Source: Gammaproteobacteria bacterium (lineage in GTDB: Bacteria > Pseudomonadota > Gammaproteobacteria > Ga0077536). From it: DNA of 64,000 nt. Within the stretch, counting starts at the first letter, position 1. The number at the start of each line of letters is the position of its first letter. The DNA lies in contig CAXXLL010000002.1 of NCBI GenBank assembly GCA_963662545.2, forward strand, positions 64,001 through 128,000, given 5' to 3'. Made by a program: the position numbers and the translations under genes. Below are positions 39,195 through 51,220 of the stretch, one piece after another. Below the pieces are notes generated by a model that searched no databases, was not told the DNA's origin, and saw nothing but the letters and a program-made list of their open reading frames with translations.

Positions 39195-40705
39195 ATGTCT
39201 TTCGTTTTTCTGAGCCATGCCAGTGCAAACAACGCGCAGGCCCTCGCGCTCGCACAGTGGCTCGAAGGCAATGGCTGGGCGGATTATTTTCTTGACATCT
39301 CGGAAACCCGCGGTCTGATCCCCGGAAGCCAGTGGCAGAACGCGCTCAAATACGCCTCTCATCGCTGCGAAGCGGTGGTCTTTCTCGTCTCGCGTGCGTG
39401 GCTTGACTCGAACTGGTGCGTCGCCGAATTTCTGCACGCGAAGCAACTTGGCAAAAAAATCTTTGGTGTGCTCATCGAAGACATTCCCATCGAAGAGTTG
39501 CCCAATGAACTGACCACGGAGTGGCAGCTATGTGACCTGGTAAATGGCGAGGCCAGGGCGTCGTTCGACGTTGTGCGCGAACCCTTTGTGCCGCCGAGTC
39601 GCGTTGACCTGCCGGAGCTGGGACTCACTGCACTCAAGCGTGGGTTGAAGAGAGCGGGCCTCGAAGCCACCGCCTTTCCCTGGCCGCCAGAGAACAAACC
39701 CGAGTGCGCGCCTTACCGCGGCTTAAAGCCCTATGAGGCGAAAGACGCGGCGATTTTCTTCGGGCGTGATGCCGCCATCGTGCGCGGCCTCGACCAGGTG
39801 CGCCAGTTGCGCGACAACGGCATCGATAAGTTGCTCGTGATCTTGGGCGCTTCGGGCGCCGGCAAATCCTCCTTCATGCGCGCCGGGCTGTGGCCGCGTC
39901 TGCAACGCGACGACCATCACTTTTATGCGCTGCCGGTCTTGCGCCCGGGACGCGCGGCGATGAACGGCGAGGAGGGGCTGGTCAGCAGTCTGGCCACCGC
40001 GTTGAGCGATGTGGGCATAACTACCGCCAGCCGCGGCGAAATGCGCGCCCGGTTTAAGGCTGATCGCGACGGTGAGGCCTTGATGGGATACGTGCAACAA
40101 CTGCGCGATGCCATCGTTGCGCGAGGCGTTAGCGATCGGTCCGAACCGACCTTCATCCTGCCGATTGACCAGGGCGAGGAGCTCTATGCGAGCGACGGCG
40201 CCGAGGAGGCGGCGCAACTACGCGCGCAGTTGGTCTGCCTGGAAAAGCGCTATGACAAACTGCCCGATCCGGGCGACCGTCCGCAGCTACTGGCCATGAT
40301 CACCATCCGCACCGATCTCTACCAACACCTGCAAACCGACGCGTTGCTGCAGGAGGTCGGGCGGCAATTTATCGACCTCACGCCGATGGATCGGTCCGAG
40401 TACAAGCGCATCATCGAAGGACCCGCTGAGCGCGCCACCGAGGCTGGAAACGCCTTGCTCGTCGAGCCGGCACTGACCGAGCAACTGCTCACCAAGACCT
40501 GCGGCGCTGACGCTCTGCCGATGCTCGCGTTCACGCTCGAGCGGCTCTATAACGACTACGGCGGGGACGGCGACCTGACGCTTGAGGAGTACCATCTTCT
40601 GGGCGGCGTCACGGGTTCACTGACGGCCGCCATCGACGCGGCGATGGCGGCACCGCAAAACGCCCCCGTGATCCCGGCAGATAAAGTTGCCCAACAGCGC
40701 CTGTT
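39195..40705 (+). pseudogene. TIR + STAND NTPase protein, truncated by IS21
   Basis: VFLSHAS and SNWCVAEF (TIR); PYRGL..Y...DAAIFFGRD, GASGAGKSS, IDQGEELY and ALPMLAFTL (nSTAND1). Frame cut by the IS at 40706. Confidence 0.85.
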
Positions 40706-40804
40706 TGCGTATTCCGGCGAAGCCGATCACTGATTCCATTTGATGCCGATCACCTGTTCCGGTCATGCCGATCGCTCATCGGAGCGTAGCGACGCAGGTG
40801 TAGT

Positions 40805-41563
40805 TTATTGTGCCGAGTGATCGGGCTGAGTCAAGTTCGCTTGTTTTTTCCGCATGGATTCTCCTTTTAAATTGATCGTGTAGGCGTTGTGCACGAGCCG
40901 GTCGAGGATGGCATCGGCGAGCGTGGGATCGCCGATGACCTCGTGCCATTGTTTGACGGGTAATTGCGATGTCACGATGGTCGAGTGCAACGCGTGCCGG
41001 TCGTCGAGGATGTCGAGCAGGTCCCGCCGTTGTTCAGCATTGAGTATCGCGAGTCCCCAGTCATCGAGGATGACGAGGTCAGTCTTGGCAAGCTGCGCGA
41101 GGAGCTTGTGCTAGGTGCCGTCGCCGCGTGCGAGGGTGATGTTGGTGAGCAATCGCGGGACACGGAGATAGCGTGCCGAGAAGCCGTTACGACAAGCGCT
41201 ATGAGCAATGGCGCAGGCGAGATAGGTTTTGCCGACGCCGGTGGGTCCGGTGATGAGGACGTTGAGATGGTCGTTGATGAAGCGGCAGCGGGCAAGTTCA
41301 TTGAGGGTGGATTTATCGAGGCCGCGGGGTGCGCGATGATCGATGTCCTCCACGGTGGCGTTGAGCTTGAGCTGGGCGCGGCGGAGTCGATAGGTGAGTT
41401 GCCGGTTCGAGCGTACAGCGTGCTCACGTTCGACGAGGAAGGCGAGCCGGTCGTCGAAGGATAAGTCGTTGAGGTCGGTGCGTTGCAGCTGCTCTTCGAA
41501 GGCCTGGGCCATGCCGGTGAGCTTCATGCTTTGCAGTTGGTCGAGGGTCGGATGATTCAGCAT
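40805..41563 (-). pseudogene. istB: IstB ATPase with an in-frame stop at 41111-41113
   Basis: GPTGVGKT Walker A; after the TAG the frame continues ..[14 protein letters not shown]...[20 protein letters not shown]. Confidence 0.88.
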
Positions 41564-41575
41564 CGATGTTTCTCC

Positions 41576-43117
41576 TTAATGATAGTAGCCGGGTCCACGG
41601 AGATTGCCGTGGTCGGCGGGCAGCGTGGATTCCGTCGGTGGATTCAGGGGTTGCTGGTCGAGTCCTTTTTTGAGGATGGACTCGATACTTTTGTAACGAT
41701 GGGTGCCGAGGATGAGCGCGCGGGCACAGGCCGCATTCAGTCGTTTATCGCCGTAGCTTTTGGCCAGCCGCAAGATCCCGAGGCAGGCACGGTAACCCTG
41801 CTCCGGGTGGGGTCGTTCAGCTAAGACTTGGGTGATGAGGGCGGCGGTCTCGGGGCCTATCTTCGCGGCCCAACGCTGTAATCGCTCGGGTGAGAACTGG
41901 GCCAAGTGCCGATGCTGCTCGGGCATATGCGCGGTGATGGTGGTATGCCGCCCGGGTTGATTGACACGGCGATGACAGGCCACGCGTTGGCCCTGATGGA
42001 AGCACTCGATGGTGGATGCCGTCACACGAACATCGAGTTGTCGTTTCACGAGATGATGCGGCACGGAGTAGTAATGGCGCTCGACCTCGATGTGATAGTC
42101 GATATGCACGCGTGCCTGCTTCCACTCGGCGTATTCATAGGGGGTACTCGGTAGCGGTTTCAGCGCGGGTCGGTCGATGGCCTCGAACTGGCTCTGGCGA
42201 GAACCGGGTAGTTTCTTGAAGGGTCGAAGGTTGAGCCGGATGAGCAGTTCAGCGATGGCGGCATTGAACTCGGCCAGCGAGAAGAACTGCCGATGACGCA
42301 GCGCCGCGAGGAGAGTGCGTTCGACGATCTGGACACCGACTTCGACTTTGGCTTTATCGCGTGGTTTGCGCGCCCGGGTTGGCACGACAGCGACGCCATA
42401 ATGGGTGGCCATGTCCTGGTAGGTGGGATTCAAGTCGGGCTCGTAGCGATGCGCGAGCGTGACACCGCTTTTGAGGTTATCCGGCACCACGATGTTGGGC
42501 ACACCGCCAAAGAAGCTGAATGCGCGGGTGTGGGCGCCGATCCAATCCGGCCGACTTTGCGTCCACGTCGCCTCCGCATACGTATAGTTCGAGGCGCCCA
42601 GCACGGCGACAAAGATCTCGGCCTGGCGCACCTCACCGGTCATGCGGTCAATCACCGGCATCGTCTGCCCGGCATCGTCGACGAACAGTTTGTCGCCGGC
42701 CAGATGCGTCTGGCGCATCACGACATCGAGATGGTCTCGCCAGGCACGATAACGCTCGCAGAAGGCGGAATACATGAGGCCGTCGGGATGGGCGGCCTTG
42801 TACTCCATCCACAGCAGCATCAGGGTCACGCTTTTGCGCCGCAGTTCGCGATGAATATCGGCGAAGTCCGGCAACGGTCGTGGGCCACTGGGCGGGTTGG
42901 CGCTTGAGCCGTACAGCGCCTGCTCCAGGGCGGTGTCGCTCATGCTCTCGGGCAACGGCCAAGCGATGTTCGCGGCACGCGCCCGACTCAGGCAATCACT
43001 GACCGTCGAGGCCGACGCCTTGATGGCGCGGGCTATCGCCCGGTTACTGAGTGCGGCGGCATGATGCAGCCGCACAATATCGCGTATTTTGCGCATGGAT
43101 AACCTCGTCGTGGCCAT
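41576..43117 (-). CDS. istA: IstA transposase
   Basis: MRKIR, FVAVLGASNYTYAEA, VPDNLKSGV, PRDKAKVE and YYSVP motifs. Confidence 0.92.
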   Translation of the reverse strand: MATTRLSMRKIRDIVRLHHAAALSNRAIARAIKASASTVSDCLSRARAANIAWPLPESMSDTALEQALYGSSANPPSGPRPLPDFADIHRELRRKSVTLMLLWMEYKAAHPDGLMYSAFCERYRAWRDHLDVVMRQTHLAGDKLFVDDAGQTMPVIDRMTGEVRQAEIFVAVLGASNYTYAEATWTQSRPDWIGAHTRAFSFFGGVPNIVVPDNLKSGVTLAHRYEPDLNPTYQDMATHYGVAVVPTRARKPRDKAKVEVGVQIVERTLLAALRHRQFFSLAEFNAAIAELLIRLNLRPFKKLPGSRQSQFEAIDRPALKPLPSTPYEYAEWKQARVHIDYHIEVERHYYSVPHHLVKRQLDVRVTASTIECFHQGQRVACHRRVNQPGRHTTITAHMPEQHRHLAQFSPERLQRWAAKIGPETAALITQVLAERPHPEQGYRACLGILRLAKSYGDKRLNAACARALILGTHRYKSIESILKKGLDQQPLNPPTESTLPADHGNLRGPGYYH

Positions 43118-43499
43118 GGAATTCCCCCGGACGGCAAAACGTCCAGGGTGCCATGGGCCAGTTGTTATCCTGCGGTCGTCAACGCTCCTTCAGTGCTCGA
43201 AACCGATCCCGGCAATCGCCCGAAAGTGATCGCGATGAGCCGGAATCGATGATCGGCATGCGCTGGAATCAGTGATCGGCATCAGCTGGAATGGGTGATC
43301 GGCTTGCGCCGGAATCGGTGATCGGCATGGGCTGGAATACGCAGCGAAACGCCGTTTGCACTATCAACGACGCGCCGTGTAATATGAAAATGATGAGCAA
43401 AACACGCCCTTAGCAAGACCAAACATCTGTCCCATTTGTTTGAAGACGGACAGCAGACAACGGTAAGCTTTCGGGGCGCGGCCAGCATACGGGGACACC

Positions 43500-44480
43500 A
43501 TGAAAACAGATCATTCTGCTGAAAAAGAGCGAACTCCGGCGAGATTGAAGGCCGCCCTGCTGGTTTGCCTCCTTTTCACCCTCGCGACCGGCGAGGTCGG
43601 GGCGCAACACGGCAAGGGGTTTTACGCGAACCTGGAACTCGGGGCGAACTTCGCTCCGAGCATTCGGATTGCTGCAAACGCCAATGGCAGGGGGAGCATC
43701 TGCGACGAGCACCTGAACCCGTTTACCGATCTCATGCCGGCGTCCTGCGACGACCCGAATGCTCCCGGTACAGCCTGGAGCAACGGTTTCGGCGGGGCCA
43801 ACGGGTTCATGGGCGGTGGAGCGGTGGGATACCGCTTCCGTGACGGAGGAAGACTCCGTATGGAGCTGGAGTACCTGTTCCGCGAAACAGCGCACAACGA
43901 GACATCTCCTATCGAAGGTCGCGGCGGAGTGGCCGTAGCCAAGCTGGGCGGCGAGGTCGTCGAGGCCGTGGACCGAATAGGCAGCGTCACGTCGCATAAC
44001 CTATTCGCCAACCTTTATCTCGACTTCATCAATCGCAGCAGGTTTACGCCCTATGTGGGATTCGGTGTCGGCGTTGGGTTTACGCGGATGGACCACGGCT
44101 TGTTGTGGGTCAGGAACAGCGACCCGCGCCAGATCACCTCTATCGCGGGGTATTTTCCCGCAGACCGGCAGAACGATCTGCAGATCGTGCAGGCCAACCT
44201 AGCTTCGACAACCAGCAGCAATCAGACCGAGCTTTCGGATAGCCTGTTTGGCTACCAAGCGGTGATCGGTTTCGACTACGCCCTCACGGAGTCGGTTTCC
44301 ATCGGCCTGAAGGGGCGGCACACCATATTCCACGCTTTCGAAGACAGCAGCGACCCAGACCGGCTGCGCGGCCACATCTCAAGCAACAACCTGGACGGAA
44401 GCGACCCGGTGATATACACGATTAAGACCGATGACATAGACATGTTCGCCATCGGCTTGAGCCTGAAATATCGGTTCTAA
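43500..44480 (+). CDS. outer membrane beta-barrel protein (P44/Msp2/opacity-like)
   Basis: Signal peptide, GGAVGY, RMELEY, FANLYLDF, TPYVGFGVG and FGYQ..G; C-terminal YRF. Confidence 0.8.
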   Translation: MKTDHSAEKERTPARLKAALLVCLLFTLATGEVGAQHGKGFYANLELGANFAPSIRIAANANGRGSICDEHLNPFTDLMPASCDDPNAPGTAWSNGFGGANGFMGGGAVGYRFRDGGRLRMELEYLFRETAHNETSPIEGRGGVAVAKLGGEVVEAVDRIGSVTSHNLFANLYLDFINRSRFTPYVGFGVGVGFTRMDHGLLWVRNSDPRQITSIAGYFPADRQNDLQIVQANLASTTSSNQTELSDSLFGYQAVIGFDYALTESVSIGLKGRHTIFHAFEDSSDPDRLRGHISSNNLDGSDPVIYTIKTDDIDMFAIGLSLKYRF

Positions 44481-44598
44481 AGCGCTCCGGGCCATGAGTT
44501 CTTCACCTGCACAACAGCAGGCAACACCCAAACTGGACTTTTCATGGTCTACACCCACAAGATTGAACTCGCCCCCAGCCTGTCTGACGTCAGCGCTT

Positions 44599-44710
44599 AT
44601 GGAACAGATTTAGTTGTGGTTTAAGAGCGTGTTTTTGTTCATCCAAGCTGAGGAGTTGAGATGAGACAGAAACGGGCAGGACGGCCATCGTCGTCAGAAC
44701 ACCTCATTAA
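44599..44710 (+). pseudogene. left end and first codons of an IS3-family element, truncated by IS6
   Basis: TATGGAACAGATTTAGTTGTGG end, GAGGAG RBS, ATG MRQKRAGRPSSSEHLIK; resembles IS3 orfA starts recalled from memory. Confidence 0.4.
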
Positions 44711-44711
44711 G

Positions 44712-45486
44712 GCGTACTGACAAGTTATTGTCCCTGGACCGCAGAATTTTGCTCTCCAGTTTTACGCCACTGCCGATGACCAATTATTAAACGCATCTTC
44801 CCTGAGATTTCGATAATGTGCGGCTTTGACTAAGTGACGACCCAGATTGAACAAGTTGTAAACGGCAGCGTGAACAGTCAAGAATCTTCCCGCGTGCCTT
44901 GGTGACTTGAATCTCCGCATCCCGCGCTCCCTCACGCTGGTTAGTTCGTGCGATTGCTCTGCTCGATTATTAGCATATTGCGCTGTATCGTGTATCGCTT
45001 CAGGAATAATCTCCCGATGCGCCACGCAATAACTCCGCAATTTGTCTGTCACGATCCGCCTGGGTTCGCCGCCATGGCTTCTCAGTAAGCGCTTGAAGAA
45101 ACGCTTTGCAGCCGCGCCATCTCTACGGCTTTGGAGAAACACGTCCACCCCTTCACCATCCTGATCGACTGCCCGCCATAGATAATGCTGTTTGCCATTG
45201 ATCTGCACGAAGACTTCATCGATGAAGAAGGTATCGCCGTAGCCATGATGCTTTCGCTTCAGTCGCCTGGCGAACCTGGGACCGAACTTGATACACCAGA
45301 GCCGAATGGTTTCGTAGGTGACGGTGATGCCTCGCTGAGCAAGCAAATCTTCGATATCACGGTGGCTGAGGTTGAATCTGCAGTAAAGCCAGACTGCATA
45401 GCTGATGATCTCAGGTGGGAACCGGTAACGTTTGTAGATATTCATTCCGGAATTATCCATTTTCGAGAGTTAAGTTGTCAGTACGC
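44712..45486 (-). mobile_element. IS6-family insertion sequence with transposase at 44762-45460
   Basis: IRs GCGTACTGACAA / TTGTCAGTACGC; RFPPEII, DE.FV.I.GK..YLWRAVD, IVTDK and NNRAEQSH motifs. Confidence 0.9.
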
Positions 45487-45812
45487 ACAAGGCGATTAAA
45501 GAAGGCGTAGAGGAGGAACCGAATGAACAAACAGAACCGGAAGCGGGCTAAAAAGAAGCTTGGCAACAAGCCGCTAATCAACATAAAACCGTCCAGTCAC
45601 CAGCCATCTAAGGCTGAGCTGGAAGAGACAATTCACTTGGCGGTCAGCCCCGAGAAGTAGGGCGCGCTGCTCAAGAAAATAACTGTCTTGATCGAGGGGC
45701 AACCGCGGGTTGTGGGACACGCATGAGCGCACCGAGATCCAATAGCCGATGCGCCGCAAGAGCTAACCGATGCGCCGCAACTGCAACGCAACAAATACCG
45801 CACCGCAGCAAA

Positions 45813-45875
45813 GGGTCCTCCTGGGCGGGGTGTGGGGGCCGCCGTTGGGGTGTATGGCAAAATCTCACTATTTTT
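45813..45875 (+). other. lambda-like cos site candidate
   Basis: GGGTCCT (identical to lambda cosQ), then a GC-rich cosN-like segment and CTCACTATTTTT, just upstream of a terS-like gene. Confidence 0.45.
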
Positions 45876-45921
45876 CGGATGGCGTAAACGTGAGACACTT
45901 TAGACACTTTAGGGAAAAGCT

Positions 45922-46485
45922 ATGACTGTAACGATTAAGGTCGGCGATGTGCGGGATCGGCTGCGTGAACGTGAGACACTCCGATCCACTATGACCCCCG
46001 CCAAATTCCGCGCTAAGGTCAACGCTTGTGGGTCTGCTGAAATCGCGCAGAGAGCGGGCACGACGCGCCGTTCGGTTGATCGTGCGCGTGCACGTGGAGC
46101 GCCGCCCCGCGGCGAGCGTGGAGACGCGATGCTTGCTGCCATCGCGGCGCTATCCGCGAAGCCAGTTGAGTCGAATGGGGCGGAGCACCGCGCGGACGGC
46201 CAGCATGACAGCGCGATCTATCGAGATGAGCGCGGCCTCTTAACGAGGGAGAGGCGGATACAGATGGAGCGCCAGAACGCCGTCGAGGCCGGCGAGCTGG
46301 TGAGCACGTCTGAGGTTCTAGCCCGTGTCTTGTCGGCGGCGTCGGTGCTTCGAATGGGCCACGAAAACGCGCGGCGCAACGTCGAGTCGGTGTGCTGCGG
46401 ATCGTGCCGAGGCCCAGCCGCGGAGACCGTTGACGAGGTATTCGCCGCGACTGCAAAGGCTGTCGGGGAGGCGTTGCGGGGATGA
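45922..46485 (+). CDS. Nu1-like terminase small subunit
   Basis: N-terminal HTH (AEIAQRAGTTRRSV); Y.DER..LTRERRIQMERQNAVEAGELV...V coiled coil resembling Nu1. Confidence 0.55.
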   Translation: MTVTIKVGDVRDRLRERETLRSTMTPAKFRAKVNACGSAEIAQRAGTTRRSVDRARARGAPPRGERGDAMLAAIAALSAKPVESNGAEHRADGQHDSAIYRDERGLLTRERRIQMERQNAVEAGELVSTSEVLARVLSAASVLRMGHENARRNVESVCCGSCRGPAAETVDEVFAATAKAVGEALRG

Positions 46486-46518
46486 ACCGCATTCACGAGA
46501 GAGCGGCGTGCCCTGGCC

Positions 46519-46906
46519 CTGGCGGACGCTGACACGATCCATTTCACGAAGCCTTCAATTGCAGAAGTTAATCATGTCTTCGCCAAGTGCCATCAGCATA
46601 TCCACCAGTCCGACAAAATCAGCCAAGCGAAGGGGTTTGAAGAATTCGTTAAGCTCATCACGCTCAAGCTCCTTTCCGATAAGTCAATCAAGGAAACCTA
46701 TCCTGGCCTAGCCGCCGAACGGCGATTCGAGCATCCATCTGACGAGGTAACATTTTCCCTTCGATGGATTAAGGCGCATGAAGCGTCAACGCCTAATCCT
46801 GTCAACTCGATACTGTTCAAGGACTTCATGGACGATATGGAGAAGCAGATCGCCAGAAGAGTCAGAAAGCGGTTCTTTGACAAAGACGAACAGATAGATC
46901 TCAAAC
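46519..46906 (+). pseudogene. internal fragment of an N6-adenine methylase/RM enzyme
   Basis: Unlisted frame ..VNHVFAKCHQHIHQSDKISQAKGFEEFVKLITLKLLSDK..PVNSILFKDF..FDKDEQIDLK, cut by IS3; lower GC. Confidence 0.55.
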
Positions 46907-48221
<1,315 letters not shown>

Positions 48222-49654
48222 CCGATACAACTCAAGCGTTTTACGGCCTCATCGGAACGGTCGATGTTGACGAGTAACACGGCCAGACTCAGCTCAACAC
48301 GTAGCGTATCCGGATGGTCATCGCCGAGGACGGCGCGGCGTTTCTCCAACGCCGTCCGGTACAAGGGTTCGGCCTCGGCGTAGCGGCCCTGGGAGTCGTA
48401 GAGAAACGCGAGGTTGTTGAGGCTAGTGAGCGTCTGCGGATGGTCATCACCGAGGACGGCGCGGCTTTTCTCCAACACCGACTGGTACAAGGGCTCGGCC
48501 TCGGCGTAGCGGCCCTGGGAGTCGTAGAGAGACGCGAGGTTGTTGAGGCTAGTGAGCGTCTGCGGATGGTCATCACCGAGAACGGCGCGGCGTTTCTCCA
48601 ACACCGACTGGTACAAGGGCTCGGCCTCGGCGTAGCGGCCCTGGGAGTCGTAGAGAGACGCGAGGTTGTTGAGGCTAATGAGCGTCTGCGGATGGTCATC
48701 ACCGAGGACGGCGCGGCTTTTCTCCAACACCGACTGGTACAAGGGCTCGGCCTCGGCGTAGCGGCCCTGGGAGTCGTAGAGCCCCGCGAGGTTGTTGAGG
48801 CTACTGAGCGTTTGCGGATGGTCGTCGCCGAGGACGGCGCGGCTTTTCTCCAACGCCGTCCGGAACAAGGGCTCGGCCTCGGCGTAGCGGCCCTGGGCTC
48901 TGTAGAGCGCCGCGAGGTTGTTGACGCTAATGAGCGTATCCGGATGGTCGTCGCCGAGGACGGCGCGGCTTTTCTCCAACGCCGTCCGGAACAAGGGCTC
49001 GGCCTCGGCGTAGCGGCCCTGGGAGTCGTAGAGCCCCGCGAGGTTGTTGAGGCTAATGAGCGTATCCGGATGGTCGTCGCCGAGGACGGCGCGGCTTTTC
49101 TCCAACGCCGTCCGGAACAAGGGCTCGGCCTCGGCGTAGCGGCCCTGGGCTCTGTAGAGCGCCGCGAGGTTGTTGACACTAATGAGCGTATCCGGATGGT
49201 CGTCGCCGAGGACAGCGCGGCTTTTCTCCAACGCCGTCCGGAACAAGGGCTCGGCCTCGGCGTAGCGGCCCTGGGAGTCGTAGAGCCCCGCGAGGTTGTT
49301 GAGGCTAATGAGCGTATCCGGATGGTCGTCGCCGAGGACGGCGCGGCTTTTCTCCAACACCGTCCGGTACAAGGGCTCGGCCTCGGCGTAGCGGCCCTGG
49401 GCTCTGTAGAGCGCCGCGAGGTTATTCATGAACGCCAACATTTTCGGGTCCGTCGGCGCCAGTGACGCCTCCGCTTCTTTCAAGAGGCGTTCGCCCACTA
49501 CAATTGCATCGCTATATTTGCCTGTGCGATACAGCTCGAACAGGCGGGCGTTGAGTTTGTAGAGGTCCTCGGTCTGAGCGGTAGCTGTGGGACCGCCTGA
49601 TACCGCCGCAACGACAAGAATTACTCGGAGAAATGAATTTATGGCTCTACTCAT
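48222..49654 (-). pseudogene. secreted tetratricopeptide-repeat protein, truncated by IS3
   Basis: Signal peptide plus about 9 near-identical 42-aa repeats (NNLA.LY..QGRYAEAEPL....LEKSRAVLGDDHP.TL). The frame runs into the IS3 end. Confidence 0.85.
48300..49425. repeat. 126-bp tandem repeat array, about 9 units, encoding the TPR motifs
   Basis: GGCTCGGCCTCGGCGTAGCGGCCCTGGG recurs every 126 bp. Confidence 0.95.
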
Positions 49655-49808
49655 GACACTGACTAAGCCTTCCTTAGTTATGCATCCCCGTATATGAGCT
49701 TCTATCCGAAACTCAACTCAAAATGCTCGAAAGTGGGGAGCGGACTAACCTCGCTGAGGCAATAAGCAGGTATACCTGTCGTGCAGATGCTGCGTCACAT
49801 TCCATTCG

Positions 49809-51053
49809 TTACACACCAATCACCGAGAAAACACGGCTACCCGCGAGACTCATGTTGCCGGTTGCTGCCTTCTCGATACGCTCACTCCACCAGTTCATCA
49901 TAGGAATGCGACGTGCTACATATTCGGCTCGATTATAGGCGTTGCGGACTTCATCCTTTCCGGAGTGGGCCAGCGCGGCTTCAATCACTTCAGGGTCAAA
50001 GCCCTGGTCGTTGAGTGTAGTACTTGCTAAAGCTCGCATGCCGTGGGCAACCAGCGTCTTATCGAACCCCATCCGTTTAAGTGCAGTGTTGGCAGTTTGC
50101 GGATGCGCATGCCTTCTTGTGTTTCTGTCGGAGGGAAAGACAAACTTGCTGCGGCCACTGATCGGTTTGATCAGTTCCAGTAGCTGGACGGCTTGAGGAG
50201 ATAGCGGCACGGTATGAGGCTTGTTCTTTTTCATCCTCTCGGCCGGGATCGCCCAGACATTCTTGGTTAAGTCGATTTCAACCCAGCGCGTACCAGCTGC
50301 TTCGCCGGGGCGCACCATCGTGTGAAGCTGCCATTCAATCAGGCAACGTGTCGTGAGCTTGATGCTGGCGACCGAGAGCGCTTTCATCAATGCGGGGAGC
50401 TGCGCCGGAGTTAACGTTGGTTGGTGCCGCTTGGCAGGCGTTTGGAACGCCTTACCAATGCCGGTCAAAGGATTAGCGGCTACGACGCCGCTATTCACGG
50501 CATACGTCATCACTTCGTTTAGCCGTTGGCAGAGCCGTTTTACCGTTTCCAGGTTTCCTTTTGCGGCAATCGGCGTTATGGCTTCGATGACCTTCACCGC
50601 CGTGATCTTATATATGGGGATCTTTCCGAGAGTGGGGAAAATATGTAATTGAAGCGATCGCCAGGTATCTTCGGCATGTTCCGGCGTAACGGTGGTCTTT
50701 TTGATTTCCAGCCATTGTGAGGCGATGGATTTCAGGGTGTTGTTGTGAGCAGCTTCATGTTCGCGCGCGCACTCATCTCGATATTCCTGCGGATCGATGT
50801 CTTGGGCGAGGAGTGCTCTGGCTTCGTCACGTTTAACACGAGCGGCCGCCAGCGATATGGACGGGTAGGCGCCGAAACTCAGGCTCGTGCGGGCCTTGGT
50901 ATAAGGGCGGCGATAATCTAATAGCCACACCTTGGAACCGTTCGGTTTCACGCGAAGCTGCAATCCGCCGCCGTCTGAAAGCGTGTATATCGTGCCCTTT
51001 TGCTTTGCTTGGCTGACTTCCGTATTGGTCAGTGGTTTGGTGGTGCGTGCCAT
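49809..51053 (-). CDS. P4/CP4-57-type integrase at tmRNA
   Basis: LSDGGGLQLRVKPNGSK.W, GAYP..SLA.AR, VRPGEA, RMK, AHGMR, ALAH and AYNR; intact; adjacent to the ssrA 3' end. Confidence 0.93.
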   Translation of the reverse strand: MARTTKPLTNTEVSQAKQKGTIYTLSDGGGLQLRVKPNGSKVWLLDYRRPYTKARTSLSFGAYPSISLAAARVKRDEARALLAQDIDPQEYRDECAREHEAAHNNTLKSIASQWLEIKKTTVTPEHAEDTWRSLQLHIFPTLGKIPIYKITAVKVIEAITPIAAKGNLETVKRLCQRLNEVMTYAVNSGVVAANPLTGIGKAFQTPAKRHQPTLTPAQLPALMKALSVASIKLTTRCLIEWQLHTMVRPGEAAGTRWVEIDLTKNVWAIPAERMKKNKPHTVPLSPQAVQLLELIKPISGRSKFVFPSDRNTRRHAHPQTANTALKRMGFDKTLVAHGMRALASTTLNDQGFDPEVIEAALAHSGKDEVRNAYNRAEYVARRIPMMNWWSERIEKAATGNMSLAGSRVFSVIGV

Positions 51054-51150
51054 TTTAGTAGTACCGCTGATTGCCTTCCGGCGATGGTACTACAATCAGT
51101 ACTACTAAAATCTATGGATTCGCTAGAACTAGCTAGAATCGCATAGGCAT

Positions 51151-51188
51151 AAAAAAAGCCCTTAATCACAAGTAATCAAGGGCTTTTT
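51151..51188 (-). terminator. rho-independent terminator downstream of tmRNA
   Basis: AAAAAAAGCCCTT..AAGGGCTTTTT hairpin with a U-tract on the minus strand. Confidence 0.65.
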
Positions 51189-51220
51189 CGGTATTCTTCG
51201 GATGTCGAAGAATCTCTTGT

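Larger units (their letters stand above)
40706..43343 (-). mobile_element. IS21-family insertion sequence
   Basis: Ends TGCGTATTCC.. / ..GGAATACGCA with multiple internal GGAATC.GTGATCGGCAT repeats; no TSD. Confidence 0.9.

Noticed and set aside
43200-43343. Tandem ~23-bp repeats GGAATC.GTGATCGGCAT resembling a mini-CRISPR
   Set aside because: They are the multiple terminal repeats typical of IS21 ends and are mirrored at 40706-40780.
45523-45660. Short basic ORF MNKQNRKRAKKK.. with a GAGGAGG RBS
   Set aside because: Only 45 codons with no recognisable family; probably phage debris, too weak to call.
48289-49465. Long alternative-frame ORFs (296 and 383 aa) over the TPR gene
   Set aside because: By-products of a stop-free 126-bp repeat.
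49725-49750. GAAAGTGGGGAGCGGACT as a further hairpin unit near the tmRNA integrase
   Set aside because: Only the right half matches the consensus; could be chance.
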